DNA of 64,000 nt from positions 24,118,001 through 24,182,000 of the forward strand of contig OY740805.1 in NCBI GenBank assembly GCA_963514005.1, in the 5' to 3' direction. Both the position numbers and the translations under genes were made by a program. The stretch is from Raja brachyura (Eukaryota). The notes under the pieces are model-generated. The model saw only the letters and a list, made by a program, of their open reading frames with translations. It was not told the DNA's origin and did not search any database. Position 1 is the first letter of the stretch. Every line of letters begins with the position of its first letter. Below, piece after piece: positions 12,446 through 25,801 of the stretch.

Positions 12446-12814
12446 TTATGATCTATGATCCGATCATTTCTCACCATTTTACTGATGTCCTCCTTTTTAA
12501 TATTGTTGCACCACCTCCCCATTCGTCCCACCTCTTCTTCCTCTCGGTCCAACATCCTTACGAATACAGACATAAGTTCCGTACTGGTTTGAGATCATAC
12601 CCATTTTATGTTTTGCTATTAATTTGCTCACTTAGTTAAGCATTTAGTTAAGAGTCAAGAGACACAAGTGCCTAATTGTCATATGTAGAGAAATGGAACA
12701 AAGATATTCTCACTTGCAGCAGCAGAACAGGTCTGTGAAAATGGCACTCAATAGGTAATGTAATAAAAACAAACACAAAAAGGAAGCTGAGTAGATTTAA
12801 AAAAATATTAGTGT

Positions 12815-13405
12815 CAATAGACAATAGGTGCAGGAGTAGGCTATTAGGCCCTTCGAGTCAGCACCGCCATTCAATATGATCATGGCTGATCATCTCCAAT
12901 CAGTACCCCGTTCCTGCCATCTCCCCATATCCCCTGACTACGCTATTTTTAAGAGCCCTCTCTAGCTCTCTCTTGAAAGCATCCAGAGAATCTGCCCCCA
13001 CCGCCCTCTGAGGCAGAGAATTCCACACACCCACCACTCTCTGTGAGAAAAAGTGTTTCCTCGTCTCCGTTCTAAATGGCTTACTCCTTATTCTTAAACT
13101 GTGGCCCCTGGTTCTGGTCTCCCCCAACATCGGGAACATGTTTCCTGCCTCTAGTGTGTCCAAGCCCTTAACAATCTTATATGTTTCAATGAGATTCCCT
13201 CTCATCCTTCTAAACTCCAGAGTGTACGAGCCCAGCTGCTCCATTATCTCACGAGCCCAGCTGCTCCATTATATGACAGTCCCGCCATCCCGCGAATTAA
13301 CCTTGTAAACCTACGCTGCACTCCCTCAATAGCAAGAATGTCCTTCCTCAAATTAGGGGACCAAAACTGCACACAATACTCCAGGTGTGGCCTGACTAGG
13401 GCTCT
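12815..13405 (-). mobile_element. CR1 LINE 3' fragment
   Basis: MEQLGSYTLEFRRMRGNLIETYKIV...GTGY; (TATTGTC)n-type tail. Confidence 0.9.
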
Positions 13406-13469
13406 GTGCAAACAAAACAGAAACCCAAAGTCCCTGATTCAAACAAAGCCAAAGCCAAAGGAGCCAAAG

Positions 13470-14353
13470 GACATTTATTGTCACATACACCAATTGGTGT
13501 AGTGAAATTTGACTTGCCATGCAGCACACAGATAAAGATAAGACCCAACACTAAAGAATTAACAATGAACATAAAAACACTCCAGGTGTGGCCTCACCAA
13601 AACCCAATGGTTCCCACTGTGGCCTCACCAAAACACAATGGTTCCCACTGTGGGGGAAGGCACAAAGTCCAGTTCCATCCCCAAGTCCACCCATAGTCGG
13701 GCCTATTGAGGCCTCCGCAGTCGGCGCTACGGTGGCCCGATGTTTTAAGCCTTCTTGCCGGGTGTTGGTGTTCCGGCGTCGGGAGAGTCCTCATAGCGGC
13801 TTTGGACCCTTGGAACGGCCGCTTCCCTACCAGAGTCCGTGGCTTCCGAAGCCGACAAGGCCGCGCTGGATGGAGCTCCACAACTGGTGATCTGACCGAG
13901 AGATCCCAGGCTCCCGATGTTAAAGTTCAGCGCTGCCGCCCGCAGCCGGCCGCCCCACAGGCCCACAGCTCTGCGATGTTCACCTGCGGTCTCAGCATTC
14001 TGCAGCTCCAACGCGGCGACCCAGGCAAGGTATCGCCCGCTCTGCTCCCCGATGCTGCTCCAGCGCTGAGCCGCTGCCGAAGCCGAGGTTCTGGGCGGCC
14101 CCCTCAGGAAACGCCGCTCCAGGCCCGCTGGTAGGCCGCGAGGACGGGTCGAAGTTACAGCCCGGAGAAAAGCCGCCTCTCCGACCAGGTAGGGACCCTG
14201 AAAAGTAGTTTCCCCCTCCCCCCCCCCCCCACCCCCCACATAAAAATGACTACAACTCCAAAACAAAACACTAAAACTCACTAAGAATAAAAGAAAGAAG
14301 TTAAAAAACAGACAGCTGCAGGCTGGGCAGCCATACCAACTGGATGGCACCCC
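13470..14353 (-). mobile_element. GC-rich non-autonomous LINE-derived element (L2/Rex-type TGACAATAAA tail)
   Basis: Shares its 5' T-rich/G-run region and 3' ...gacttt..ccttcc..cacagtg...tgacaataaa end with 15568-16396; no coding similarity recognised. Confidence 0.55.
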
Positions 14354-15567
14354 CTTTAAACAAGACAGATCGTAGTTCTAAGTGTAGTTGGCAGTGTTCA
14401 ATAGCCTGATGGTGTTGGGAAGAAGCTGTACGTGAACCTGGAGGTCATGGTTTTAAGACTCCTTCACCTTCTCACCAAGGGAAGGAGTGAAATGAGAGCA
14501 TGGCCAGGGTGCCTTTTAGTAGCAGCACCTACCTACCATTGGTTTCCCTCGATGGTGGGGAGGTCAGTACCTGTGATGGAGTGGGCAGTGTCTCCTTTGT
14601 TCCTGGGCTGAGGATGCTGCCCTTGCAGACAGTGAGGAAGCGTGTCCACACATACTGTGGGATATAGATCCACCACATGAGAATTGGCGGGTGGGGTTTA
14701 ATCCGGGCAAGTGTGAGGTGTTGACCTTTGGGAGGTCGAATACCCCAGAATCTATTGCAATAAATCAGTGCCACCCCAAGTTAGCTGAGTTCAACATGTG
14801 CATCCAGACCATCGGGTTCTAAAGCGAAAATGTCTTTCTTTAATGGCCCACCCACAATGTAAGAGTCCCTTGGCACCAAACTTAAGGGTCACCCAAGAAT
14901 CCAATCTCAGGTGGCTATTCAGGGAATGGAGGATGTGGATCACGTGAAGACAGAATAGATTAGTTTAATCTGGTTTGGTACAGACATTCCTGTCATACGG
15001 TCATAAGGAATAGTAGAATTAGGCCATTCTGTCCAACAAGTTTACTCCGCCATTCAATCATGGCTGATCTATCCCTCCCTCTTAACCCCCTTCTCCCCAT
15101 GACCTCTGACACCTGTACTAATCAGGAATCTATCTATATCAGCCTTAACAATATCCACTGCCTTGGCCTCTACAGCCTTCTGTGGTATAGAATTTCACAA
15201 ATTCACTACCCTTTGATGAATGAAGTACTGTTCTTTGCTCAATGTATGTGCCTGGCCTGCTCAGTCACACATGTATAAAACCATTAGTCAGTGTGGGAAC
15301 GGTGAAGTAATGGGAGCTTAATGCCAACAGGCGGCAGCCAGCACACTGCCCCAACACAATCACAGATAGAACAGGCAGTGACAAACATCACTTGTGGAAT
15401 TTTAGAAATGGCACTGCAGTAGATTTGCTGCCTTACAGCACAAGAGGCATGGGTTCAATCCTGACTACGAGTGCTGTCTGTACGGAGTTTGTACGTTCTG
15501 CCTGTGAGCACGTGGATTTTCTCCGGTTCTCTGGTTTCCCCCCACACTCCAAAGACGTAGATATTCG

Positions 15568-16396
15568 GTGGGCGGCGCGACTCTCGTCACAGCGGCCTCT
15601 GCAGTCCGTCTGTCTTTTTTTATTTTTTGTCTCGTTTGAGTGTAGTTAGTTAGTGGGTTTTTTTGCTGGATATGTGTGGGGGGTGGGGAAACTTTAAAAA
15701 AAATTTTCACTGTACGGAGGACCCGACCTTTTCTCTGTCGGGTCTCCGTTATCGTTGGGGCCTAGAACCATGGAGCGGCCTCCAACCGGACCTGGGGCTC
15801 CAGTCGCGGAGCTGCGGACTTACTTACCATCGTGGGGCCGGCCGAGTTCGGAACGGGAGGAGCTGTGGTAGTGCGCTGCTGCTGCCCGACCCCGGAGATT
15901 CGGAGGCTTCCGCTGCAGGCCGGTGGACGGTAACACCGGGAGCTCGCGGGTCTCTGGTGGGAGACCGCATTTTGGAGCTCCCGCGGTGGCAACTTCTCCC
16001 GCCGGAGTTGCGGGGTTGAAGACGACCTGGAGCGGGGCCTTACATCGCCCGGCGCGGTTTTGATGGCCACGGGACTTGCTAGGGCCCGCCGGGGGCTCCA
16101 ACATCAAGACCCGGACTGGGGCCTTGCATCGCCCCGCGCGACATGAATGGCCGCGGGACTTATATACCATCGCCCGCCGGGGGCTTTGACTCTGACATCG
16201 GGAGGAGAATGGGGAGTGCAAGGGAGAGATAAGACTTTGCCTTCCATCACAGTGAGGAGGATATTCACTGTGATGGGTGTTTGTGTAAATTGTGTTGTGT
16301 CCTGGTTCTTTTCTTGTATGTATGACTGCAGAAACAAAATTTTGTTTGAACCTCAATGAGGTTCAAGTGACAATAAATGGTATTGTATAGTATTGT
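15568..16396 (+). mobile_element. GC-rich non-autonomous LINE-derived element inserted in a V-SINE
   Basis: Ends gtgacaataaatgg(tattg)n; SINE 5' half at ~15405-15560 and 3' half at ~16404-16525. Confidence 0.6.
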
Positions 16397-16689
16397 ATTT
16401 CTCAGATAATTGGCTTGGTATAATTGTAAAATTGTCCCTAGTGTGTGTAGGTTCTTGTACGGGGTGTTTGCTGGTCGGGGTGGACTCGATGGGATGAAGG
16501 GCCTGTTTTCCCGTTGTATTTCCAGATTGCAGGCACCCATCCTGCGTCGCTATGTTGTATAGCAGAAGCACAAACACAGTACTCTGCTTATCCACAAACT
16601 TGTTAGATGTTCACGTATATTCCTTAACACTGTGGATGCCCAATGCGGAGACTCATTGGTGTAATGTTGCCAAATTCCTCCTACCACCC

Positions 16690-16778
16690 CGTGCACCTCC
16701 CATAGTGAAGTACTGATCCCAACACATCTCTCTATCCCACTCCCATCCCATCACATAATACTGATCCCAAACACATCC
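16690..16778 (+). repeat. Degenerate ~45-bp minisatellite (continues at 22091-22270)
   Basis: Recurring ccatcacatagtactgatcccaaacacatcc-like units on both sides of the SINE/CR1 insertions. Confidence 0.6.
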
Positions 16779-17087
16779 GGGTGGCAAGGAGGCACAGCGG
16801 TAGAGTTGCTGCCTTACAGCGTCGGAGACCCCAGTGCGATCCTGACTATGGGTGCTGTCTGTGTGGAGTTTGTACGTTCTGACCCGTGTGGGTTTCCTCC
16901 GAGATCTTCGGTTTGTTCCCACACTCCAAAGATGTACAGGTTTGCAGGTTAATTGGCTTGAGATAATTGTAAATTGTCCCTAGTGTGTGTAGGGTAGTGT
17001 TAATGTGCTGTGATCGCTGGTCAGTGCAGACTCAGTGGGCCGAAGGGCCTGTTTCCGCACTGTACCTCTAAACTAAATTAAAACGAA
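16779..17087 (+). mobile_element. V-SINE, full length, ACATCC TSD
   Basis: tRNA head, V-domain, aaact tail; ACATCC at 16773-16778 and 17088-17093. Confidence 0.85.
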
Positions 17088-17100
17088 ACATCCCTCTATC

Positions 17101-20100
17101 GGGGCAGATGAGAAAGTGTGAGGCTTGCAGAATGTGGGAGCCCAGGGACACAGATGGAGCCTCTGGCTGCTACAACTGTGGCATGACTAGTGGGGTGCCG
17201 CAAGGCTCAGTGCTGGGACCCCAGCTATTTACAATATATATTAATGATTTGGACGAGGGAATTCAATGCAACATCTCCAAATTTGCAGATGATACCAAGC
17301 TGGGGGGTATAGTTAGGTGTGAGGAGGATGCTTGGAGGCTGCAGGGTGATTTGGATAGGCTGAGTGAATGGGCAGATGCATGGCAGATGCAGTACAATGT
17401 GGATAAATGTGAGGTTATCCACTTTGGTGGCAAAAACATGAGGGTAGACTATTATCTGAATGGTGGCAGATTAGGTAAGGGGGAGATGCAACGAGACCTG
17501 GGTGTCATGGTACACCAGTCATTGAAAGTAGGCATGCAGGTGCAGCAGGCAGTGAAGAAAGCAAATGGTATGTTAGCATTCATAGCGAAAGGATTTGAGT
17601 ATAGGAGCAGGGAGGTTCTACTGCAGTTGTACAGGGTTTTGGTGAGGCCACACCTGGAGTACTGCGTACAGTTTTGGTCTCCAAATCTGAGGAAAGACAT
17701 CCTTGCCATAGAGGGGGTACAGAGAAGATTCACCAGACTGATTCCTGGGATGTCAGGACTTTCATATGAGGAAAGATTGGATAGACTCGGTTTGTACTCG
17801 ATGGAATTTAGAAGATTGAGGGGGGATCTTATAGAAACCTACAAAATTCTTAAGGGGTTGGACAAGCTATATGCTGGAAGATTGTTCCCGATGTTGGGGG
17901 AGTCCAGAACAAGGGGTCACAGTCTAAGGATAAGGGGGAATTCCTTTAGGACCGAAATGAGGAAAACATTCTTTACACAGAGAGTGGTGAGTCTCTGGAA
18001 TTCTCTGCCACAGAAGGTAGTTGAGGCCAGTTCATTGGCTATATTTAAGAGGGCGTTAGATGTGGCACTTGTGGCTAAAGGGATAAGGGGGTATGGAGAG
18101 AAGGCAGGTACGGGATACTGAGTTGGATGATCAGCCATGATCACATTGAATGGCGGTGCAGGCTCGAAGGGCCGAATGGCCTACTCCTGCACCTATTTTC
18201 TATGTTTCTATGTCTATGTGCGTCCAGCTTCAGCTCCTAAAGGACCATGTTAGGGCACTGGAGAAGCAGCTGGATGACCTCAGGGCCATCTGGGGAAATG
18301 AGAGTTTCCTGGACAGGACCTACAGTGATGTTGTCACGCCGAGGTTACTGGAAGAACCAAGGTGTGTGACGGAGAGAAAGGGTGGTAATCGTGGAGTGCA
18401 GGAGACCCAGGTGGCTGTGCCTAATGTAAACAGGTACGCCCTCTTGGGAACTGTTCGGGGAGACGATGTTTCCAGTCCAAGCGGTGGACACGTCGGTGGC
18501 TCCAATCCTGGAGATGGGACTCGACCGGAGAGACCGACGTCGGGCAGAGCCCTAGTGTTGGGTGACTCCATTGTCCGAGGAGTGGAAAGGAGATTCTGTT
18601 ACGGCAGACGAGATGCGAGGATTCCCTCCCTGGTGCCAGGGTTCAGGATGTCACAAGCCGAATTATTAACATCCTCGAGAGAGAGGGTAAACAGCCAGCA
18701 GTAGTTGTGCACGTAGGCACAAACAACATCGGGAAGAAGAGGAACGAGGTTCTCCAACATTACTTCAGAGAGTTGGGAAGAAGACTGTAATGCTGGACTT
18801 CTAGGGTGGTTATCTCTGGATTGCTTCCAGTACCACGTGCTAGTGAGGACAGGAACAGGGAGAGAGGGAATCTGAATGAGGGGCTGAGGGGCTGGTGCAG
18901 GGAGCAAGGATTTAGATTTATAGACCACTGGGATCTCTTCTGGGGCAGGTGACCTGTACAAAAGGGACGGGTTACACCTTAACTGGAGGGGGACCGACAT
19001 TCTGGCAGGCAGGTTTGCTAGGTGCTGCACGTGTGGGTTTAAACTAAATAGTGGGGGGGAGGGATTGACAAATTGGGAGTATAAAGATGGAGTTGAAGGG
19101 GAAGTGGCTACAGGAAAAATTACAAAAGATGCTCAAATTAATGGGAAGGAAAGCTTGAGAATGGACAACAGAGTAAGGTCAGGGGCAATTGCGAGCGGTG
19201 CGAGGGGGGAAGTGAATACGGAGGACAAAGTGCTGTATATGAATGCGCAAAGTATAAGGAATAAAGTGGACAAGCCTGAGGCTCAGTTAGAAACGGGCAA
19301 GTATGATGTTGTGGGAATTACTGAAACATGGCTGCAAGTGGGCCGGGGCTGGGAACTGAATATTCAAGGGCATACCTCCTATCGAAAAGACAGACAGGTG
19401 GGCAGAGAGGGTGGGGAGGAATGTCGGTGAGGAATTAAATTCAGTCCCTTGCAAGGGGTGACATTGAAACAGGAGATGTGGAGTCAGTATGGACAGAACT
19501 AAGGAATTGTGAGGGTAAAAAGACCCTACAGGCCCCCAAACAGTAGCCTGGACATAGGGCGCAAGTTGAATCAGGAGTTAAAATTGGCATGTAGTAAAAG
19601 TAATGCTGTGATTGTTATGGGAGATTTCAGCATGCAGGTAGACTGGGAAAATCAGGTTGGTTCTGGACCCCAAGAAAGGGACTTTGTAGAGTGCCTTCGT
19701 GATGGATCTTTGAACAGCTTGTATAGGAGCCTACCAGGGAGAAGTTAATTCTGGATTTAGTGTTATGTAATGAACCGGATTTGATAAAGGACCTCGAGGT
19801 TAATGAGCCATTAGGAGGCAGTGACCATAACATGGTCAGGTTTAATCTAAAATTGGAGAGGGAGCAGAGTAGATCGGAGGTGTCATGTTGCAGTTGAATA
19901 AAGGGGACTATGGAGCCATGAGGGAGGAGCTGGCCAAAGTTGACTGGAAGATACACTGGCAGGGATGACAGTGGAACAAAAATGGCAGGTGTTTGTAGGA
20001 ATGATACAGAAGCTGCGGGATCAGTTCATTCCTAGGAGGAAGAAAGATTCCAAGGGGAGAAAGGGACGACCATGGCTGACAAGCGACGTCAGGGACAGTA

Positions 20101-22085
20101 CAAAAATTAAAGCAAAGAAGTACAATGTAGTAAAGATGATCAGGAAGCAAGAGGATTGGGTAATGTTTAAAGAACAACAGAAGATAACCAAAAAGACAAT
20201 ACGGGGAGAAAAGATGAGGTACGAAGGTAAGCTAGCCAAGAATATACAGCAGGATAGTAAAAGCTTCTTTGGGTATATGAAGAGGAAAAAATTAGTTAAG
20301 ACGAAAGTTGGACCCTTGAAGACCGAAAAAGGTGAATTTATTATGGGGAACAAGGAAATGGCAGATGAGTTGAACAGGTACTTTGGATCTGTCTTCACTA
20401 AGGAGGACACAAACAATCTTCCTGATATCGTAGAGGCCAGAGGATCTGTGGTGACAGAGGAACTGAAGGAAATCCACATTAGGCAGGAAATGATGTTGGG
20501 TAGACCGATGGGACTCAAGGCTGATAAATCCCAAGGGCCTGATGGTCTGCATCCCAGGGTACTTAAGGAAGTGGCTCTAGAAAACGTGGATGGATTGGCG
20601 ATAATTTTCCAATGTTCTATAGACTCTGGATCAGTTCCCGTGGATTGGAGGGTAGCTAATGTTATCCCACTTTTTAAGAATGGCGGGAGAGAGTAAACGG
20701 GGAATTATAGACCAGTTAGCCTGACATCGGTGGTGGGGAAGATGCTGGAGTCAATTATAAAAGATGAGAGAGCCGCACATTTGGATAGCGGTAACAGGAT
20801 CGGTCCGAGTCAGCATGGATTTACGAAGGGGAAATCATGCTTGACTAATCTTCTGGAATTTTCTGAAGATGTAACTACGAAAATGGACAAGGGAGAGCCA
20901 GTGGATGTAGTGTACCTGGACTTTCAGAAAGCATTTGATAAGGTCCCACATAGAAGATTAGTGGGCAAAATTGGGCCACATGGTATTAGTGGTAGAGTGC
21001 TGACATGGATAGAGAAGTGGTTGGCAGACAGAAAACAAATAGTAGGGATTAACGGGTCCCTTTCAGAATGGCAAACAGTGACTAGTGGGGTACCGCAAGG
21101 CTCGGTGCGGGGACCGCAGCTATTTACATTATGCATCAATGATTTGGATGAAGGGATTCAAATAAACATTAGCAAATTTGCAGATGATACAAAGCTGGCA
21201 GTGTGAACTGTGGGAGGATGCTATGAGAATGCAGGGTGACTTGGACAGGTTGGGGGAGTGGGCAGATGCATGGCAGATTAAGTTTAATGCGGATAAATGT
21301 GAGGTTATCCACTTTGGTAGCAAAAACAGGAAGGCAGATTACTATCTAAATGGTGTCAAGTTGGGAAAAGGGGAAGTACAATGGGATATGGGGGTCTTTG
21401 TACTTCAGTCTATGAAAGTAAGCATGCAGCTACAGCAGGCAGTGAACAAAGCGAATGGCATGTTGGCCTTTATAATAAGGGGAATCGAATATAGGAGCAA
21501 AGAGGTCCTTCTGCAGTTGTACAGACCTAGTGAGACCACACCTGGAGTATGTACGTGCAGTTTTGGTCCCCTATTTTGAGGAAGGACATTGAGGGAGTGC
21601 AATTTAGGTTTACAAGGTTAATTCCTGGGATGGCAGGATTGTCATATACTGAGAGAATGGAGCAGCTGGGCTTATACACTCTGGAGTATAACAGGATGAG
21701 AGGAGATCTCATTGAAACATATAAGATTGTTAAGGGCTTGGACACTCTAGAGCCCGGAAACATGTTCCTGATTTGGGGGAGTCCAGAACCAGGGGCCACA
21801 GTTTAAATATAAGGAGTAAGCCATTTAGAACGGAGACGAGGAAACACTTTATCTCACAGAGAGTGGGGAGTCTGTGGAATTCTCTGCCTCAGAGGACGGT
21901 GGAGGCAGGTTCTCTGGATGCTTTCAAGAGAGAGCTAGATAGGGCTCTTAAAAATAGCGGAGTCAGGGGGTATGGGTAGAAGGCAGGAACAGGGTACTGA
22001 TTGGGGATGATCAGCCATGATCACATTGAATGGTGGTGCTGGCTCGAAGGGCCAAATGGCCTACTCCTGCACCTATTGTCTATTG
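17101..22085 (+). mobile_element. Near full-length decayed CR1 LINE (ORF1 Zn-finger/leucine zipper/SGNH esterase; ORF2 APE endonuclease + RT)
   Basis: CEAC...CGMC, LKDHVRALEKQLDDLRAI, ALVLGDSIVRGV; LYMNAQSIRNK..YDVVGITETWL; [33 protein letters not shown]; (TATTGTC)n tail; TCTATC TSD at 17095-17100 and 22086-22091; many stops and frameshifts. Confidence 0.92.
17186..18218 (+). mobile_element. Younger 5'-truncated CR1 nested in ORF1 of the long CR1
   Basis: Uninterrupted RT C-terminal frame [12 protein letters not shown]...KFADDTKL...GTGY*; (TTCTATGT)n tail; host ORF1 resumes at 18219. Confidence 0.9.
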
Positions 22086-22284
22086 TCTATCCCACTCCCC
22101 TCTCATCACATAGTAATGATCCCAAACACATCCTTCCATCCTGCTCCCCTCTCATCACACAGTGCTGATCACAAATCACGCTGTGCACCTCTCCTGCCAC
22201 CGTATAGTATGAACCCAAACATACTGCACTGTCCCATTCCCCACCCATTGCATAGTGTTGATCCCAAGCTCTGCCAGCCTGCAA

Positions 22285-23182
22285 GTTGGCTGGCTGGCAG
22301 AAGACAAAGAGTGGCAATAAAGGAGGCTTTTTCTGGTTGGCTGCCAGTCACTAGTGCAGTTCCGCAAGGGTCGGTGCTGGGGCTGCTACTCTTCACGTTG
22401 TATATTAATGATTTGGACGAGGGGAATGAAGGCTTTGTCGCAAAGTTTGCGAATTATATGAAAATAGGTGGAGGGGCAGGTAGTGTCGAGAAAGCAAGGA
22501 CTCTGCAGAAGGACTTGGACAGGTTTGGAGAGTGGGCAGGGAAGTGGCAGATGGAATTTAGTGTGGAGTCATGCATTTTGGTAGTCGGAATAAAAGCATA
22601 GACTGTTTTCTAAATTCGCAAAAGGTTAATCTGCCAGTCCATATCAGTAGCAAAGAAAGTAGGGACTTGCATACAAAAATAGGGAAGTAATTTTAGGAAG
22701 GAAATGAGGGGAAATTTCTTCTTAGACTAAATTGGCATGATGACCGCCCCATGATGAGCTATTGCCGGCACTGGGCCTGTACTTGCTGGCATTTAGTAGA
22801 ATGAGGGGGGACCTCATTAAAACATACAGAATAGTGAAAGGCTTGGATAGAGAGGATGTGGAGAGGACGTTTCCATTAGTGGGAGAGCCGAGGGCTAGAG
22901 GTCATAGCCTCCAAATTAAAGGACTTCTTTTAGGAAGGAGATGAGGAGAACTTTTTTTAGTTAGAGGGTGAATCTGTGGAATTATTTGCCACAGAAAGCT
23001 GTCGAGGTCGTCAGTGGGTATTTGTAAGGCAGAGATAGGTAGATTCTTGATTCGTACAGGCTGTGGAGAGAAGGCAGGAGAATGGGGTTAGGAGGGAGAT
23101 ATAGATCAGCCATGATTGAATGACAGAGAAGACATGATGGGCTGAATGGCCTATTTCTACTACTATTCCTCATGACCTTATG
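22285..23182 (+). mobile_element. Older CR1 fragments
   Basis: [25 protein letters not shown]; ...RMRGDLIKTYRIVKGLDR; CR1 3'UTR. Confidence 0.75.
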
Positions 23183-23244
23183 ATCCCACTGCCTTGCTCT
23201 CCCCCTCTATCTCCATAATTACAAAACTCTAATCTTGGCTGTGG

Positions 23245-23245
<1 letters not shown>

Positions 23246-23280
<35 letters not shown>
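23246..23280 (+). repeat. (GT)n microsatellite
   Basis: Direct reading. Confidence 0.95.
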
Positions 23281-23282
<2 letters not shown>

Positions 23283-23799
23283 TTATTTGTTTGTGTGTTG
23301 TCACATCTTCTCAAAAAAACGACGCGCTAACGCCGTGCTCTGTTATTAAAGAAAACCCAGCAAAGGGAGACATTACCTGCTGTGGCCTCACAATTCCAGT
23401 GAGCTGTTCGATCCTGACCTCAAGTGCTGTCTGTGTGGAGTTTACACGTTCTCCCTGTGACCGTGTGGGTTTCCTCAAGGAGGCGAGATATCCTGCAATG
23501 GCCAAAGAGACATCTGGGTTTGTAGGTTAACGAGCCCTCTGTAAATTAGCCCCGAGTATGTGGGAGTGAATGAGACAATGGGATAACATAGAACTGGTAT
23601 GAATGGGTGATCAACGGTCCACGTGGAATCATAGCTGGGCTGAAGGACCTGTTTCCATGCTGTTTTCAATCAATTAACCAATCCCAGTGACTTGGATCTA
23701 AGAATCATGGAGAAATGAACAGGCCCTTCTGCCCAACTCATCCATGCTGACCAAAATGGTCCATCCCATTAGTCCCATTTGCCCATGTTTGGCCCATAT

Positions 23800-24322
23800 G
23801 GTCTCCTAATTTGAGGAAGGATATCCTTGTGATTAAGGCAGTGCAGCGTAGGCTCACAAGATTGATCCCTGGGATGGTGGGACTGTCATATGAGAAAAGA
23901 TTGAAAAGACTAGGCTTGTATTCACTGGAGTTTACAAGGATGAGGGGGTTATTTTCTAGAAACAGATAAAATTATAAAAGGACTGGACAAGCTAGATGCA
24001 GGAAAAATGTTCCCAATGTTGGGCGAGTCCAGGGACCACAGTCTTAGAATAAAGGGGAGGCCATTTAAGACTGAGGTGAGAAAACACTTTTTCACCCAGA
24101 GAGTTCTGAATTTGTGGAATTCCCTGCCACAGAGGGCAGTGGAGGCCAAATCACTGGATGGATTTAAGAGCGAGTTAGATAGAGCTCTAGGGGATATGGG
24201 GAGAAGGCAGGCACGGGTTGTTGATTGTGGACGGTCAGCCATGATCACAATGAATGGCGGTGCTGGCTCAAAGGGCCGAATGGCCTCATCCTGCACCTAT
24301 TTTCTATGTTTCTATGTTTCTA
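23800..24322 (+). mobile_element. CR1 3' fragment
   Basis: MFPMLGESR..FKTEVRKHFFTQRVLNLWNSLP; (TTCTATGT)n tail. Confidence 0.88.
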
Positions 24323-24566
24323 TATCCCACAGAAGCTTTCCTATCTATGTACCTATCCAAATGTATTTTTAAATGTTATTATAGTACCTGTATCAATTAC
24401 CTCGAGGCAGCTCGTTCTATATACCCACCACACTCTATGCGTGAAGGTTGCCCCTCAGGTTCCCAGTTGATATTACCTTAAACCTGTGTCCTCAGGTTTT
24501 TTATTCCTCAATCTGGGTAAAAGACTCTGAGCATTCACCCTATCTATTCCCATCATTTGTTTTCCC

Positions 24567-24880
24567 TGAAAAAAGGACCTTTTATTCAATTAAACACAAA
24601 TATAGAGAATAAACAGAATCAATTCTGCCATTGGCAGTTTGCAAACAACTATCAAAACGCTATCAGATTAAAATGGTGTCAACATTATCTATGATACATT
24701 CGACCCCCTCCCCCCCCCTGCACGATGATCAGCGTTCACAGAAGGCCTCCAGATTCCTCATGGACATCGCGTGCTCCATCTGCACGCGGGCACTGACGTA
24801 GACCCGGAACAGGAGCAGGCAGTTGACTCGGGTAGAACCTCGACTGCCTGCTTCTATTCCTCATGGGAGCTGAAATGTGG
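24567..24880 (-). mobile_element. Tx1/L1-clade LINE 3' end fragment
   Basis: Minus strand FRVYVSARVQMEHAMSMRNLEAFCER resembles the Tx1 ORF2 C-terminus; AATAAA near the end. Confidence 0.55.
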
Positions 24881-24894
24881 GATTGAATATAGAG

Positions 24895-25230
24895 ACATTG
24901 AAACATAGAAAATAGGTGCAGGAGTAGGCCATTCAGCCCTTCTAGCCATTCAATATGATCGTGGCTGATCATCCAAAATCAGTATCCCGCTCCTGCTTTC
25001 TCCCCATATACCTTGATTCTGTTAGCCCTCAGAGTTATATTTAACTCTCTCTTGAAAACATCCAGTGAATTGGCCTCCACTGCCTATTGTGCCAGAGAAT
25101 TCCACAGATTCACAACTCTCAGGGTGAAAAAGGTTTTCCTCTTTTTAGCCCTATATCGCCTAACCCTTATTCTTAAACTGTAACCCCCTAGTTGTGGACT
25201 CCCCCAACTTCGGGAACATTTATCCTGCAT
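24895..25230 (-). mobile_element. CR1 3' fragment
   Basis: Reverse complement of the CR1 3'UTR and tail. Confidence 0.85.
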
Positions 25231-25311
25231 GTCCCTTCTAAGTCCCATTGAAATAATAGAGGAAACTCTTAGAGGTTGGCATGGTGGTGCAGCGGAAGAG
25301 TTGTTGCCTTA

Positions 25312-25801
25312 AGGGCCTGTCCCACCAGCATGCAACTCCATGCGATGAGCGCGACCTAACGTGGTCGCTTGAGCCATCCGGCGTCGCGGGGCCGGTCCCA
25401 CTTCGATCGCCGGAGCCGTGCGGAATTGTGCAGAGTTCGTCCCGACATCGCGCGGGGCTCCGAAAAACGGACTATGTTCAAAAATTCCGCGCGGCAACGG
25501 TTTGTCGGCTCGCAGTCGCCTCGACACTTTACACACCGCCCCGACATCTTCCCACCGTGAACCTATCTGTAGGTGTCTCCATGACCCTCTATGTGTGTGG
25601 CTCCGTGGCTCTGTGTGTGTGTGTGCCTCTGTGCCCCTCTCTGTGTGCCCCTCTCTGTCCTGGCGAACTTACCTTAAGACTTCGCTCCAAGTTCGCCTCA
25701 CTTTGCACTGCGTTGCGCCACTCACCCGACCTCCGCGCGGCCCCCGCTTCTAGTTTGATCGCGCTCATCGCATGGAGTCGGATGCTGGTAGGACAGGCCC
25801 T
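25312..25801. mobile_element. PIF/Harbinger-like MITE with TTA TSD, inserted in a V-SINE (~25276-26085)
   Basis: TTA(25309-11)-AGGGCCTGTCCCACCAGCATGC...GATGCTGGTAGGACAGGCCCT-TTA(25802-4); flanks rejoin as gttgttgccTTAcagctccag. Confidence 0.85.

Noticed and set aside
13588-16356. Overlapping GC-rich ORFs on both strands
   Set aside because: Stop-poor GC-rich repeat bodies with no recognisable domain
17108-18121. 337-aa ORF as a host or domesticated gene
   Set aside because: Fully explained by a young CR1 fragment nested in frame in CR1 ORF1
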